A DNA stretch of 64,000 bases from Escherichia coli O127:H6 str. E2348/69 (GCF_000026545.1 NC_011601.1), one strand, 5' to 3'; counted from the stretch's first letter, positions 53,125 through 64,000 are shown. Numbers and translations are program-made. The notes: a model not told the origin generated them from the sequence alone.

Positions 53125-53910
53125 TTAAATCTCTACGTCGCGGTTGCAATCTTTCGAGTAAATATAGCTGAACGCTTCACCACGCCCCACGCCATAACCG
53201 GCCTGTAAGGAATAAGCGCCCATAAAGATGTAATCGCCTTTTTTCACCGGGATCCAGTTATTGTCGAGGTTATAAACCCCCTGACCGGAAAGAATATAGG
53301 CACCGTGTTCCTGAACGTGTGTTTCGATATAACCATGGCTGGCACCTGGCGCAAAAGAGAGGATATGCATGTTCATATCAAAACCTAACTCTTTGGGCAG
53401 AAAATCCAGCAGAATAACATCGTCCATGCCTTCATAATGAATGCGTTCCAGTTCGCTGGCATTGCCAGAAACCAGCCACGGCGCATGACCTTCTACCGGA
53501 ATATAGCGACGCTTATATAAAAAGATTTGGCTGTCTTCGGCCTGGGCGTTAACAAACGTCATTAAGGAGCCTGGCGGGCAATAAAGATAGCCACCTTCAC
53601 TTAAGGTAAATGTTTTCCCTTCGGCTTTGGCAGTGATATTTCCAGAGATCACATACAGGAACGTTTCAATGCCTTCGCCACCGAAGCCCTGTTGGTTGCC
53701 GCCGTTTTGATGCAGTGTGACCAGATAATCAACAAAAGAGGCACCCAGCTTTGGCGTGGAGAGGATTGTCGCGTCACAATTTTCAAAGCCCGGAATAATA
53801 TTTTTTACCAGACCGTCTGGTGTTAACAGTGCGAAATTACCGTGTTTCACAATCGCACGGTTAGCCAGTAAATCATCGCGGTAACCGGTGACGTTATTTA
53901 AATATCCCAT
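53125..53910 (-). CDS. allE: (S)-ureidoglycine aminohydrolase (bicupin)
   Basis: 261 aa; syntenic (ylbA), downstream of allC. Confidence 0.92.
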   Translation of the reverse strand: MGYLNNVTGYRDDLLANRAIVKHGNFALLTPDGLVKNIIPGFENCDATILSTPKLGASFVDYLVTLHQNGGNQQGFGGEGIETFLYVISGNITAKAEGKTFTLSEGGYLYCPPGSLMTFVNAQAEDSQIFLYKRRYIPVEGHAPWLVSGNASELERIHYEGMDDVILLDFLPKELGFDMNMHILSFAPGASHGYIETHVQEHGAYILSGQGVYNLDNNWIPVKKGDYIFMGAYSLQAGYGVGRGEAFSYIYSKDCNRDVEI

Positions 53911-53920
53911 TTATAACTCC

Positions 53921-55156
53921 TTATTTCTGCCAGGCAAGTTGATAAAGCATGAGTGCCAACGTTTTGACCCCTTCGGCAAGGTCGGTAATATTGGTGCGTT
54001 CCGCCGGGTTATGGCTGATCCCGTTGATGCTGGGAATGAAAATCATGCAGGTCGGCACGCGAGGCGCGAAAATTTGCGCGTCGTGCCCGGCACCACTGTG
54101 CATCACCCGGTAATTCAGTTTTTCGCTTTCACACAATTCTGTCAGGGTGGCGACCAACTCCTTATTCATCGGCACGGGTTCTTCGTCCATCCATAAATCG
54201 ATATCAATACCAATATCCATTTCATCGCAAATCGCCCGCATGTCGTTTTCTAACTGTTGGGTGAAATCGCGCAGCACGGTAGCGTCGGTATGACGACAAT
54301 CAATGGTGAACGTGGTTTTACCCGGCACTACATTCACCGTATTCGGGCGCGGCTCTACTTTGCCAAAGGTCAGAACCAGCGGGTCGCCCATCTTTTTCGC
54401 TTTTTCGACAGACTGATGGCAAATGCGACTGAAAGCGTAAACCGTATCACGACGATAACCCATCGGCGTGGTGCCTGCATGGTTTGATTCGCCATTCAGC
54501 GTCACCGTATAACGACGCTGCCCGACAATTGCATTCACCACGCCAATTGATTGCCCATTACTTTCCAGCACACAGCCCTGTTCGATATGCAGTTCGACAA
54601 AGGCTTTAATATCCTGACGCGGAGTTAGTGGGGCGTTCGGCAGAGTAAATCCGCAAGCCTTCATCGCATCGACAAAACTATTTCCTTTGGCATCACAGAT
54701 ATTCCGCACGTCGTCAGGATTCGACAGCCCAAAAATATTTTTACTGCCCCAGAAAACATACGGGAAGCGGCTGCCTTCTTCTTCTGCCATCGCCACCACT
54801 TCGACCGTACGTAACGGCGCGCCGTATTGCGTTTTCAGCCAGTCAATAGCCAGCCACGCCGCCAGCGCACCGAATTGCCCGTCGAGGTTACCGCCGTTAA
54901 CCACGGTATCGATATGCGAACCGCTCAGAACCACTTCCTGTGGATATTCGGTGCCACTCAGGCGACCGTATAAATTCCCCACTTCATCGAAACGTGTTTC
55001 CAGCCCGCTTGCTGCCATTCTTTTTTTAAACTGCTGCTGGGTTTCCAGCCATTCCGGCGAATAAAGTAAACGGGTCATCCCACCCGCTGGGTCAGCGCCA
55101 AAAGAGGAAAGCCAGGGCAGCGTTTCTTCTATAGCTTGACGGAAATGTGTAATCAT
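53921..55156 (-). CDS. allC: Allantoate amidohydrolase (M20 family)
   Basis: The ATG at 55156 gives the 411-aa protein MITHFRQAIEETLPWLSSFGADPAGGMTRLLYS... Confidence 0.94.
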   Translation of the reverse strand: MITHFRQAIEETLPWLSSFGADPAGGMTRLLYSPEWLETQQQFKKRMAASGLETRFDEVGNLYGRLSGTEYPQEVVLSGSHIDTVVNGGNLDGQFGALAAWLAIDWLKTQYGAPLRTVEVVAMAEEEGSRFPYVFWGSKNIFGLSNPDDVRNICDAKGNSFVDAMKACGFTLPNAPLTPRQDIKAFVELHIEQGCVLESNGQSIGVVNAIVGQRRYTVTLNGESNHAGTTPMGYRRDTVYAFSRICHQSVEKAKKMGDPLVLTFGKVEPRPNTVNVVPGKTTFTIDCRHTDATVLRDFTQQLENDMRAICDEMDIGIDIDLWMDEEPVPMNKELVATLTELCESEKLNYRVMHSGAGHDAQIFAPRVPTCMIFIPSINGISHNPAERTNITDLAEGVKTLALMLYQLAWQK

Positions 55157-55177
55157 AAGAAAGTCCTGTCTCAATAA

Positions 55178-56227
55178 TTATTGCGCAAAGGGATTTTTCG
55201 TTTCGTATGACGTGTTATAAAGCGCGTCGGAAATTAAATACTGGTAAATATCATCAACAATTTCGATGCCTTCGACGGCGGCTTTGCGTTGTTTAATATC
55301 CTGATCCTGTCCGGGATAATAAACCTGATTAAAACCGGGCGCGGGGGTAATGGTATTTAATTCGCGCATGGTCTGGCTAAGATGTTGACGGAATAATTCG
55401 CTGGAGGAGAAAAAGTTCGGGTTAATAACTATATGTAATTGCCCCAAATTACGCCCGGCGTGTAAATCGTCATACATCGAACTAACCTGTCGCCCGAACG
55501 GTAAGCCGAGTAAGACGCCTGAGAGGACGTCAATCATCATCATCAGGCCATACCCTTTCGGCCCAGCGGCGGGGAGCAGAGCATGTACCGCGAACGGATC
55601 GGTTGTTGGTGCACCGTTTTTATCGACTGCCCAGGTATCCGGGATAGACATATTGCGCGAGCGGGCGTCGAGCACTTTTCCCCATGCCTGTACGGTAGTC
55701 GCCATATCGAAGGTAAGGATCTCATCGCCTTCTCCCGGCGCGGCAAAGGCCAGTGGGTTAGTGCCGTAGTAAATTTCCGCGCCGCCAAACGGCACCACCA
55801 TTGGATCGGACTGGCACAGCGAAATGCCAATCAATCCGGCGCGGGCAGCCTGCTGCACAAAATAAGAGATTGCGCCGCTGTGACCCATCCGGCTGATACC
55901 GACCACCGCAACGCCTTTTTGCTGGGCGGTTTTGATGGCATGTTCCATACCCATTTTCGCCGCGACCTGTCCGGCGGCATTGTCGGCATGTAAAATTGCC
56001 GAGCACGGTCCGGTTTCCTCAAGACGAAACTCCGGTTCGCGGTTGGTGCCGCCTTTTGAAATGCGTTCGGCGTAGTATTCAACGCGCACCGCGCCATGAG
56101 AGTGGATCCCTCTGGCATCGGCGTAAACCAATACTTCAGCCACGGTTGCAGCGTGCTCACGTTTTAACCCAGCCTGGCAGAGTTTATTCTCGATTAGCTG
56201 GTGGAGTGTTTCCCGACTGATTTTCAT
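55178..56227 (-). CDS. allD: Ureidoglycolate dehydrogenase
   Basis: 349 aa of the Ldh_2 family; first gene of the allDCE operon. Confidence 0.94.
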   Translation of the reverse strand: MKISRETLHQLIENKLCQAGLKREHAATVAEVLVYADARGIHSHGAVRVEYYAERISKGGTNREPEFRLEETGPCSAILHADNAAGQVAAKMGMEHAIKTAQQKGVAVVGISRMGHSGAISYFVQQAARAGLIGISLCQSDPMVVPFGGAEIYYGTNPLAFAAPGEGDEILTFDMATTVQAWGKVLDARSRNMSIPDTWAVDKNGAPTTDPFAVHALLPAAGPKGYGLMMMIDVLSGVLLGLPFGRQVSSMYDDLHAGRNLGQLHIVINPNFFSSSELFRQHLSQTMRELNTITPAPGFNQVYYPGQDQDIKQRKAAVEGIEIVDDIYQYLISDALYNTSYETKNPFAQ

Positions 56228-56441
56228 CTGTCTTCCTTTTTAACGACGGTGTGAAGCATGACTGCAATTAACATACAGGGAAAATATCTGGATTATGTGA
56301 TCCAGACAGGCAAAAAAATATAGTTAGAATTTATTTGATAATCTTCGTGCTTTTAACCTGGTTTTTAAAACAACCATGCTTATTAAAAAATAACGCGTAA
56401 TAGTCTGGCGGTTATTTGAATTCTTTTGTTAATAATCCACG

Positions 56442-56457
56442 TGTGATATTCATCACC
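56442..56457. promoter_or_regulatory. CRP-like site TGTGA-TATTCA-TCACC upstream of fdrA
   Basis: 9 of 10 positions match the TGTGA-N6-TCACA half-sites, read directly, about 90-100 nt upstream of the fdrA ATG in a 316-bp AT-rich divergent intergenic region. No experimental support is known to me. Confidence 0.35.
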
Positions 56458-56543
56458 TTATTTACTCGTTGTCATCGATACCGTAATCGCCACATTAACA
56501 CTGCTCGTGCAATTGCCATGGGTGCAATTTTTAAGGAGTTGTT

Positions 56544-58211
56544 ATGATCCACGCCTTTATTAAAAAAGGGTGTTTTCAGGATTCGGTCAGTTTAATGATT
56601 ATTTCACGAAAACTCAGCGAATCAGAAAATGTTGATGATGTTTCCGTAATGATGGGTACGCCCGCCAATAAAGCGTTATTAGATACTACAGGTTTCTGGC
56701 ATGACGATTTTAATAACGCCACGCCGAACGATATTTGCGTGGCAATTCGTAGCGAAGCGGCGGATGCGGGGATCGCGCAGGCGGTTATGCAGCAGCTTGA
56801 AGAGGCGCTAAAACAACTGGCGCAGGGTTCAGGCAGCAGCCAGGCGTTGACGCAGGTGCGTCGCTGGGACAGTGCCAGTCAGAAATTACCCGATGCCAAT
56901 CTGGCGCTGATTTCAGTGGCTGGTGAGTATGCGGCGGAGCTGGCGAACCAGGCGCTGGATCGCAACCTCAACGTGATGATGTTCTCCGATAACGTCACGC
57001 TGGAAGATGAAATCCAACTTAAAACCCGCGCGCGGGAAAAAGGCTTGCTGGTGATGGGGCCAGACTGCGGTACGTCGATGATTGCCGCCACGCCGCTGGC
57101 TTTTGCTAACGTGATGCCGGAAGGCAACATTGGCGTCATAGGCGCTTCCGGTACCGGGATTCAGGAGCTGTGCTCACAGATTGCGCTGGCAGGGGAGGGA
57201 ATTACTCACGCGATTGGTCTTGGCGGGCGCGATCTCAGCCGTGAAGTGGGCGGCATCAGTGCGCTAACGGCGCTGGAAATGCTCAGTGCAGACGAGAAAA
57301 GCGAAGTGCTGGCATTTGTTTCAAAACCACCTGCCGAAACTGTGCGTCTGAAAATTGTTAATGCCATGAAAGCAACTGGCAAAACGACGGTGGCGCTGTT
57401 TTTAGGTTATACCCCGGCGGTGGCCCGCGACGAGAATGTCTGGTTTGCCTCCTCGCTGGATGAGGCCGCTCGTCTGGCTTGTCTGCTTTCACGCGTCACT
57501 GCGCGACGTAACGCGATAGCGCCTGCCAGCAGCGGATTTATTTGCGGTTTGTATACCGGCGGTACGCTGGCTGCTGAAGCGGCGGGATTACTTGCCGGAC
57601 ACCTTGGCGTGGAAGCCGACGATACCCATCAACATGGCATGATGCTGGACGCCGACGGACATCAGATCCTCGACCTGGGCGATGATTTTTACACCGTCGG
57701 GCGTCCCCATCCGATGATCGACCCGACCTTACGCAACCTGTTAATTGCCGATCTCGGCGCTAAACCGCAAGTGCGCGTGTTGCTGCTTGATGTCGTGATT
57801 GGCTTCGGTGCGACCGCCGATCCTGCCGCCTCGCTGGTGAGCGCCTGGCAAAAAGCCTGTGCCGCGCGTTCAGACAATCAACCACTGTATGCCATTGCCA
57901 CGGTGACAGGCACTGAACGTGACCCGCAATGCCGCGCGCAGCAAATCGCCACGCTGGAAGATGCGGGGATCGCGGTAGTGAGTTCGCTACCGGAAGCCAC
58001 CTTGCTGGCGGCGGCGTTAATTCATCCGCTCTCGCCTGCCACACAGCAACACACACCGTCATTACTGGAAAACGTCGCCGTGATTAACATCGGATTACGC
58101 AGCTTTGCGCTGGAGCTACAAAGCGCCAGCAAACCGGTTGTGCATTACCAATGGTCGCCAGTCGCCGGCGGCAATAAAAAACTGGCTCGTTTATTAGAAC
58201 GTTTGCAATAA
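56544..58211 (+). CDS. fdrA: FdrA (succinyl-CoA-synthetase-alpha-like protein; reported component of oxamate carbamoyltransferase)
   Basis: 555 aa, with CoA-ligase-like domains; syntenic. Confidence 0.9.
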   Translation: MIHAFIKKGCFQDSVSLMIISRKLSESENVDDVSVMMGTPANKALLDTTGFWHDDFNNATPNDICVAIRSEAADAGIAQAVMQQLEEALKQLAQGSGSSQALTQVRRWDSASQKLPDANLALISVAGEYAAELANQALDRNLNVMMFSDNVTLEDEIQLKTRAREKGLLVMGPDCGTSMIAATPLAFANVMPEGNIGVIGASGTGIQELCSQIALAGEGITHAIGLGGRDLSREVGGISALTALEMLSADEKSEVLAFVSKPPAETVRLKIVNAMKATGKTTVALFLGYTPAVARDENVWFASSLDEAARLACLLSRVTARRNAIAPASSGFICGLYTGGTLAAEAAGLLAGHLGVEADDTHQHGMMLDADGHQILDLGDDFYTVGRPHPMIDPTLRNLLIADLGAKPQVRVLLLDVVIGFGATADPAASLVSAWQKACAARSDNQPLYAIATVTGTERDPQCRAQQIATLEDAGIAVVSSLPEATLLAAALIHPLSPATQQHTPSLLENVAVINIGLRSFALELQSASKPVVHYQWSPVAGGNKKLARLLERLQ

Positions 58212-58220
58212 GGGGTTCCC

Positions 58221-59480
58221 ATGTTTACATCAGTGGCGCAAGCCAATGCTGCGGTTATCGAACAAATTCGTCGGGCTCGTCCACACTGGCTGGATGTGCA
58301 ACCGTCTTCTTCACTTATCAGCGAACTAAACAAGGGCAAAACACTGCTTCACGCCGGGCCGCCAATGCGCTGGCAGGAGATGACCGGACCCATGAAAGGT
58401 GCATGTGTGGGCGCATGTCTGTTCGAAGGCTGGGCGAAAGATGAAGCGCAGGCGCTGGCAATACTGGAGCAGGGGGAAGTGAACTTCATTCCTTGTCACC
58501 ATGTGAATGCTGTCGGGCCAATGGGCGGTATTACTTCTGCCAGTATGCCGATGCTGGTGGTCGAGAACGTGACCGACGGCAACCGGGCGTACTGCAACCT
58601 CAACGAAGGTATCGGCAAAGTGATGCGTTTTGGCGCTTACGGCGAAGATGTCCTGACTCGCCATCGCTGGATGCGCGATGTGTTAATGCCAGTATTAAGC
58701 GCGGCGCTGGGGCGCATGGAGCGCGGTATCGATCTCACGGCAATGATGGCGCAGGGCATTACCATGGGCGATGAGTTCCATCAACGCAATATTGCTTCCT
58801 CAGCACTGTTAATGCGTACGCTGGCCCCACAAATTGCTCGCCTCGATCATGATAAACAGCACATTGCGGAAGTGATGGATTTCCTCAGCGTGACCGATCA
58901 GTTCTTCCTCAACCTCGCGATGGCCTACTGCAAGGCGGCGATGGATGCTGGCGCGATGATCCGCGCAGGCAGCATCATTACGGCTATGACCCGCAACGGC
59001 AATATGTTCGGGATTCGGGTAAGCGGGCTGGGTGAACGCTGGTTTACTGCGCCTGTAAACACTCCGCAAGGTCTGTTTTTCACCGGCTTCTCGCAGGAGC
59101 AGGCGAACCCGGATATGGGCGATAGCGCGATTACCGAAACCTTTGGTATCGGAGGTGCGGCAATGATCGCAGCGCCTGGCGTAACGCGCTTTGTCGGTGC
59201 GGGTGGCATGGAAGCGGCCAGAGCGGTATCTGAAGAGATGGCGGAAATTTACCTTGAACGCAATATGCAGTTGCAGATCCCCGGCTGGGATTTCCAGGGT
59301 GCGTGCCTGGGGCTGGACATTCGTCGCGTGGTAGAAACCGGCATTACGCCACTCATCAATACCGGTATCGCCCATAAAGAGGCGGGGATCGGGCAGATTG
59401 GCGCAGGCACCGTGCGGGCACCGCTGGCGTGCTTTGAGCAGGCGCTGGAAGCACTGGCTGAAAGCATGGGGATTGGTTGA
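58221..59480 (+). CDS. ylbE: YlbE (DUF1116 protein), an uninterrupted 419-codon frame
   Basis: Single open frame from ATG to stop, 9 nt after the fdrA stop. Confidence 0.88.
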   Translation: MFTSVAQANAAVIEQIRRARPHWLDVQPSSSLISELNKGKTLLHAGPPMRWQEMTGPMKGACVGACLFEGWAKDEAQALAILEQGEVNFIPCHHVNAVGPMGGITSASMPMLVVENVTDGNRAYCNLNEGIGKVMRFGAYGEDVLTRHRWMRDVLMPVLSAALGRMERGIDLTAMMAQGITMGDEFHQRNIASSALLMRTLAPQIARLDHDKQHIAEVMDFLSVTDQFFLNLAMAYCKAAMDAGAMIRAGSIITAMTRNGNMFGIRVSGLGERWFTAPVNTPQGLFFTGFSQEQANPDMGDSAITETFGIGGAAMIAAPGVTRFVGAGGMEAARAVSEEMAEIYLERNMQLQIPGWDFQGACLGLDIRRVVETGITPLINTGIAHKEAGIGQIGAGTVRAPLACFEQALEALAESMGIG

Positions 59481-59490
59481 GGAACGCACA

Positions 59491-60306
59491 ATGACGATCA
59501 TCCATCCTCTACTTGCCAGCCGTAGCGCACCGAATTATCGCCAGTCCTGGCGGTTAGCGGGAGTGTGGCGGCGGGCGATTAACCTGATGACGGAAAGCGG
59601 CGAACTGTTAACGCTGCATCGTCAGGGGAGTGGTTTCGGCCCCGGCGGATGGGTGCTTCGCCGCGCGCAATTCGATGCGTTATGCGGTGGATTATGCGGC
59701 AATGAACGACCACAGGTTGTGGCACAAGGGATTCGCCTCGGGCGTTTCACGGTTAAACAGCCACAGCGTTATTGTTTGCTACGTATTACGCCGCCTGCGC
59801 ATCCTCAAGCGCTTGCCGTTGCATGGATGCAACGCGCGGAGGAAACCGGGCTTTTCGGGCCACTGGCATTGGCGGCAAGCGATCCGCTGCCTGCTGAATT
59901 ACGCCAGTTTCGTCACTGTTTTCAGGCCGCGCTCAATGGCGTTAAGACCGACTGGCGGCACTGGCTGGGTAAAGGCCCCGGATTAACGCCAAGTCATGAT
60001 GACACGCTGAGCGGAATGCTGCTGGCGGCCTGGTATTATGGCGCTTTAGATGCGCGCTCCGGTCGCCCGTTTTTTGCCTGTTCCGACAATCTTCAACTCG
60101 TTACCACTGCGGTGAGCGTCAGTTATTTACGTTATGCCGCGCAAGGATATTTCGCCTCGCCACTCCTGCACTTTGTTCATGCTCTGAGTTGCCCGAAACG
60201 TACCGCAGCGGCGATCGATTCGCTGCTGGCGCTGGGGCATACGTCAGGGGCCGATACGCTGCTGGGGTTCTGGCTTGGCCAACAATTATTACAAGGAAAA
60301 CCATGA
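59491..60306 (+). CDS. ylbF: YlbF (DUF2877 protein)
   Basis: The ATG at 59491 gives the 271-aa protein [18 protein letters not shown]...; the track ORF from 59398 is over-extended. Confidence 0.88.
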   Translation: MTIIHPLLASRSAPNYRQSWRLAGVWRRAINLMTESGELLTLHRQGSGFGPGGWVLRRAQFDALCGGLCGNERPQVVAQGIRLGRFTVKQPQRYCLLRITPPAHPQALAVAWMQRAEETGLFGPLALAASDPLPAELRQFRHCFQAALNGVKTDWRHWLGKGPGLTPSHDDTLSGMLLAAWYYGALDARSGRPFFACSDNLQLVTTAVSVSYLRYAAQGYFASPLLHFVHALSCPKRTAAAIDSLLALGHTSGADTLLGFWLGQQLLQGKP

Positions 60307-61196
60307 AAACACTGGTTGTGGCTCTTGGGGGCAACGCCTTACTCCAGCGCGGTGAGGCGCTGACGGCAGAAAATCAATATCGCAATATTGCCAGTGCTGT
60401 ACCCGCGCTGGCGCGCCTGGCCCGTTCTTATCGGCTGGCGATTGTTCACGGCAACGGACCGCAGGTGGGGCTGCTGGCGTTACAGAATCTGGCGTGGAAA
60501 GAGGTAGAACCGTATCCGCTGGATGTACTGGTGGCGGAAAGCCAGGGGATGATTGGCTATATGCTGGCGCAGAGCTTGAGCGCACAGCCGCAGATGCCGC
60601 CTGTCACGACGGTGCTGACGCGCATTGAGGTTTCGCCTGATGATCCGGCGTTTTTACAGCCAGAGAAGTTTATCGGTCCGGTTTATCAGCCAGAAGAACA
60701 AGAGGCACTGGAAGCGGCTTACGGCTGGCAGATGAAACGTGATGGTAAATATTTACGCCGGGTGGTGGCGTCTCCGCAACCGCGTAAAATTCTCGACAGC
60801 GAAGCCATCGAGTTGTTGCTCAAAGAGGGGCATGTGGTGATTTGCAGTGGCGGCGGCGGTGTGCCTGTGGCGGAAGACGGGGCAGGGAGTGAAGCGGTGA
60901 TTGATAAAGATCTCGCCGCTGCGTTGCTCGCCGAGCAGATTAATGCCGATGGACTGGTGATCCTCACCGATGCTGATGCGGTATATGAAAACTGGGGAAC
61001 GCCGCAGCAACGTGCCATTCGCCATGCCACACCGGATGAGTTAGCGCCATTTGCCAAAGCCGATGGTTCGATGGGGCCGAAGGTAACGGCGGTGAGTGGC
61101 TATGTCAGAAGCCGTGGTAAACCCGCGTGGATTGGGGCGTTATCGCGGATTGAAGAGACGCTGGCGGGCGAAGCGGGGACTTGTATTTCGCTGTAG
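60303..61196 (+). CDS. ybcF: Carbamate kinase-like protein YbcF (ArcC family)
   Basis: The ATG at 60303 (ATGA overlap with ylbF) gives the 297-aa protein [18 protein letters not shown]..., the carbamate kinase N-terminal signature. Confidence 0.92.
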   Translation: MKTLVVALGGNALLQRGEALTAENQYRNIASAVPALARLARSYRLAIVHGNGPQVGLLALQNLAWKEVEPYPLDVLVAESQGMIGYMLAQSLSAQPQMPPVTTVLTRIEVSPDDPAFLQPEKFIGPVYQPEEQEALEAAYGWQMKRDGKYLRRVVASPQPRKILDSEAIELLLKEGHVVICSGGGGVPVAEDGAGSEAVIDKDLAAALLAEQINADGLVILTDADAVYENWGTPQQRAIRHATPDELAPFAKADGSMGPKVTAVSGYVRSRGKPAWIGALSRIEETLAGEAGTCISL

Positions 61197-61225
61197 TGAT
61201 GGGCACCAGGCAATTGGCACATCTA

Positions 61226-61411
61226 GCCTGATGCGATGCTGGCGCGTCTTATCAGGTCTACAGGCGGTGTCGGAACGGTAGGCCGGATAAGGCGTTCACG
61301 CCGCATCCGGCAATCGGCACACCATGCCTGATGCGATGCTGGCGCATCTTATCAGGCCTACAGTCGGTGTTGGAACGGTAGGCCTGATAAGGCGTTCACG
61401 CCGCATGCGGC
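61226..61411. repeat. Tandemly duplicated BIME (four REP elements, unit of about 100 bp)
   Basis: The unit GCCTGATGCGATGCTGGCGC(G/A)TCTTATCAGG(T/C)CTACAG(G/T)CGGTGT(C/T)GGAACGGTAGGCC(G/T)GATAAGGCGTTCACGCCGCAT(C/G)CGGCA occurs twice. Confidence 0.9.
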
Positions 61412-61428
61412 AAGAAAATGAGCATCAA

Positions 61429-62496
61429 TTAACTGAACTTACTCTGCGCCCACATCACGCCGCTGGCATACTCCGGCGGCAGCAGTGGGATTAAGGCTTC
61501 CAGCGTCGCGGTCAGACGCGATGTGTCGCTGTCGGTCAAATTCAAATGCCCCACTTTACGGCCCGGACGGACTTCTTTGTCGTACCAGTGCAGATGCACA
61601 AGCGGCAGTTTCAGCCAGTCATAATTCAGATCGCTACCAATCAGATTGATCATCACCGACGGATTATTCACTACTGGTTGCGGTAACGGCAGATCGGTAA
61701 TTGCCCGCAGATGTAGCTCAAACTGGCTGATGCTGGCACCGTTTTGTGTCCAGTGCCCACTGTTATGCACACGCGGAGCCAGTTCGTTGATCAGCAGACC
61801 TTGTGGGGTGACAAAACACTCCATTGCCATCACGCCTACATAGCTCAGCTCCTGCATAATCGCCGACAACATCTCTTCAGCTTGCGCCTGTTGCTGTGCG
61901 TTGGCCTGCGGGAAAGCGACGCTGGTGCGCAAAATGCCGTCCTGATGCAGGTTATGCGTCAGCGGATAAAACACGGTGCTGCCATCAAAACCGCGCGCGC
62001 CAACCAGCGACACTTCACCAGAGAAGTTTATGCCCTGCTCGACAATACATTCGCCGTAGCATTCAGCCGGTAACTGTTCGGTTTCAGCGGCGCGTAAACG
62101 CCATTGACCGCGTCCGTCATAGCCACCAGTGCGGCGCTTAACAATCGCCAGCTCACCTAAACGATCAAACACCGCAGGCCACTCGCTGCGTTCGGCAAGT
62201 AACTGCCACGGTGCGGTCGGCAGGTGGAGTTTATCGAAAAGCTGCTTCTGAGTCAGACGGTCGGCAATAATCGGGAACACATCGCGGTTCACAAAGGCCG
62301 GATGGCGTGCCAGCTCGCGGGTTAATGCGGTTTCCGGCCAGCGTTCGATCTCAGCGGTAATCACGCTTTGTTGAAAAGGCACCGCCGCCGGTTCAGCGTC
62401 CAGCCCGACCGGCCAGACAGCAATGCCTAACGGTTCGCCTGCCTGACGTAGCATACGGCCTAACTGCCCGTTCCCGAGGACGCAAACCTGTTTCAT
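61429..62496 (-). CDS. purK: N5-carboxyaminoimidazole ribonucleotide synthase
   Basis: 355 aa with the ATP-grasp fold; overlaps the purE stop by 4 nt. Confidence 0.96.
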   Translation of the reverse strand: MKQVCVLGNGQLGRMLRQAGEPLGIAVWPVGLDAEPAAVPFQQSVITAEIERWPETALTRELARHPAFVNRDVFPIIADRLTQKQLFDKLHLPTAPWQLLAERSEWPAVFDRLGELAIVKRRTGGYDGRGQWRLRAAETEQLPAECYGECIVEQGINFSGEVSLVGARGFDGSTVFYPLTHNLHQDGILRTSVAFPQANAQQQAQAEEMLSAIMQELSYVGVMAMECFVTPQGLLINELAPRVHNSGHWTQNGASISQFELHLRAITDLPLPQPVVNNPSVMINLIGSDLNYDWLKLPLVHLHWYDKEVRPGRKVGHLNLTDSDTSRLTATLEALIPLLPPEYASGVMWAQSKFS

Positions 62497-63002
62497 GCCG
62501 CACCTCGCGGGTCCGGGTTTTCCAGCACTTCATCAGTTTGTGCTTTGCGCCATTCATTCAGACGCTGGTGCAGTTCTTTATCATGAGTCGCAAGAATTTG
62601 TGCTGCCAGTAACGCCGCGTTTGCCGCGCCAGCTTTACCAATCGCCAGCGTACCCACCGGAATGCCGCGCGGCATTTGTACGATGGAGTAGAGGCTATCG
62701 ACACCGCTCAGTGCGGCGCTCTGTACTGGCACGCCCAGCACCGGCACCAGCGTTTTGGCGGCAATCATGCCAGGCAGGTGCGCTGCGCCGCCTGCGCCCG
62801 CAATAATCACCTGATAACCGTTCTCTTCGGCGCTTTCGGCGAAGCTGAACAGTTTATCGGGGGTGCGGTGAGCAGAAACCACTTCAACGTGGTGCGGGAC
62901 ATTCAGGATTTCGAAGATTTCGGCGGCGAACTGCATGGTAGCCCAGTCGCTTTTGGACCCCATCACGATGGCGACACGCGCCGGATTATTGCGGGAAGAC
63001 AT
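62493..63002 (-). CDS. purE: N5-CAIR mutase
   Basis: The ATG at 63002 gives the 169-aa protein [24 protein letters not shown]... Confidence 0.96.
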   Translation of the reverse strand: MSSRNNPARVAIVMGSKSDWATMQFAAEIFEILNVPHHVEVVSAHRTPDKLFSFAESAEENGYQVIIAGAGGAAHLPGMIAAKTLVPVLGVPVQSAALSGVDSLYSIVQMPRGIPVGTLAIGKAGAANAALLAAQILATHDKELHQRLNEWRKAQTDEVLENPDPRGAA

Positions 63003-63073
63003 GCGTCTTAAAACTCCTGTGGTGCACAACTCTCGGCTTTAGAGGGCACAGAGAATAGCACGGAAAGAGAGCA

Positions 63074-63089
63074 AGGAAAACGGTTGCGT
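63074..63089. promoter_or_regulatory. PurR operator (minus strand ACGCAACCGTTTTCCT) upstream of purEK
   Basis: Matches the PurR box consensus ACGCAAACGTTTTCNT with one or two deviations; lies 72-87 nt upstream of the purE ATG. Confidence 0.8.
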
Positions 63090-63119
63090 GGCTGTGAAAT
63101 CAGCAAAGTTGCGGGTTTT

Positions 63120-63842
63120 TTAAAACGGGAAATGAATCAGCTCAACGTCATCCGCCGTGACTTTCACCATTGAACCTTCCGTATGCCAGGCACCCAGCAC
63201 GACGCGGAAAGCAGGTTGCTGATTGGCGATAAGTTCATGTACTGCCGGGCGATGGGTATGCCCGTGAATCAGCCATTGCACCTGATGTTTTTCCATCGCA
63301 TTGACCACCGCGTTTTGGTTAACGTCCATGATCGCCAGCGATTTACTGCTGTTGGCTTCTTTGCTGTTCGCTCGCATTCGCGCGGCAATGCGTTTGCGCA
63401 CAAACAACGGCAGGGCGAGAAATAGCGTTTGCAGCCAGGGTTTGTGGACTTTGGCGCGAAAAGCCTGATAACCCGCGTCATCGGTGCACAGCGTGTCGCC
63501 ATGCATAATCAACACCCGACGACCATAAAGTTCGAGCACCTTCTCTTCCGGCAATAACGTCATGCCGCTTTCACGGGCAAAGCGTTTGCCGAGCAGAAAA
63601 TCACGGTTGCCATGAATGAAATAACAGGGAACGCCGGAATCGGACACCGCTTTGATCGCTGCCGCCATCTGGTGATGAAGTGGGTTGGGATCGTCGTCGC
63701 CGATCCAGGCTTCAAACAGATCGCCAAGAATATACAGCGCATCGGCCTTGCGGGCCTCCCCCGCTAAAAAACGCAGAAAACCGGCGGTGATCGCCGGTTC
63801 TTCCACGCAGAGATGAAGATCTGCAATAAAGAGTGTCGCCAC
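63120..63842 (-). CDS. lpxH: UDP-2,3-diacylglucosamine pyrophosphatase
   Basis: 240 aa with a GTG start, [11 protein letters not shown]..., and the calcineurin-like motifs GDLFE and GNRD. Confidence 0.95.
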   Translation of the reverse strand: MATLFIADLHLCVEEPAITAGFLRFLAGEARKADALYILGDLFEAWIGDDDPNPLHHQMAAAIKAVSDSGVPCYFIHGNRDFLLGKRFARESGMTLLPEEKVLELYGRRVLIMHGDTLCTDDAGYQAFRAKVHKPWLQTLFLALPLFVRKRIAARMRANSKEANSSKSLAIMDVNQNAVVNAMEKHQVQWLIHGHTHRPAVHELIANQQPAFRVVLGAWHTEGSMVKVTADDVELIHFPF

Positions 63843-63844
63843 GA

Positions 63845-64000
63845 TTACTCGCTAACGGTCACGCTTTCAATGATAACGTCTTCTTTTGGCACGTCCTGGT
63901 GCATACCGCTACGACCGGTTGCCACACCTTTGATTTTGTCTACCACGTCCATGCCTTCAACCACTTCAGCAAATACGCAGTAGCCCCAACCTTGCAGGCT
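63845..64000 (-). CDS. ppiB: Peptidyl-prolyl isomerase B, C-terminal part (the 5' end lies outside the window)
   Basis: The minus-strand frame ends ...[11 protein letters not shown] at 63845-63847. The cyclophilin C-terminus is recognisable (…[51 protein letters not shown]), and the frame is open to the window edge. Confidence 0.9.
   Translation of the reverse strand, partial: SLQGWGYCVFAEVVEGMDVVDKIKGVATGRSGMHQDVPKEDVIIESVTVSE

Overview
This window is an Escherichia coli chromosomal segment. Gene order and protein sequences match, from my memory of K-12, the mscK to ppiB interval: mscK(partial)-ybaM-priC-ybaN-apt-dnaX-ybaB-recR-htpG-adk-hemH-aes-gsk-ybaL-fsr-ushA-ybaK-chiX-ybaP-ybaQ-copA-glsA-ybaT-cueR, then ybbJ-qmcA-fetAB-cnoX-ybbO-tesA-ybbA-ybbP, then selU-allS-allA-allR-gcl-hyi-glxR-ybbW-allB-ybbY-glxK-allE-allC-allD-fdrA-ylbE-ylbF-ybcF-purK-purE-lpxH-ppiB(partial). 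I saw no rRNA, tRNA or CRISPR array. One known sRNA (ChiX) and five REP/BIME clusters are present.

Two short accessory segments interrupt the core.

(1) 26522-29857, between the convergent genes cueR and ybbJ. It carries a degraded ORF, a three-gene minus-strand operon (a headless YadA-type trimeric autotransporter, a lipoprotein and a small membrane protein), and a divergent HTH protein. The operon and the HTH gene are separated by a very AT-rich region full of TGTTTC/GAAACA inverted repeats.

(2) 38427-40032, between ybbP and selU, where I recall K-12 carrying the rhsD element. This 1.6 kb module is bounded by 27-bp direct repeats and contains three things. The first is an unannotated 27-codon hydrophobic peptide ORF that looks like a DinQ/TisB-type type I toxin. 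The second is an rve/DDE transposase gene with no inverted repeats that I can see. The third is a near-consensus promoter plus terminator that would produce an ~88-nt RNA. The first 16 nt of that RNA are perfectly complementary to the 5' UTR of the peptide mRNA.

I consider module (2), a candidate type I toxin/antisense sRNA pair, the most interesting signal in the window. Everything about it is inferred from sequence. All comparisons to K-12 and to published peptides are from memory and need a database check.
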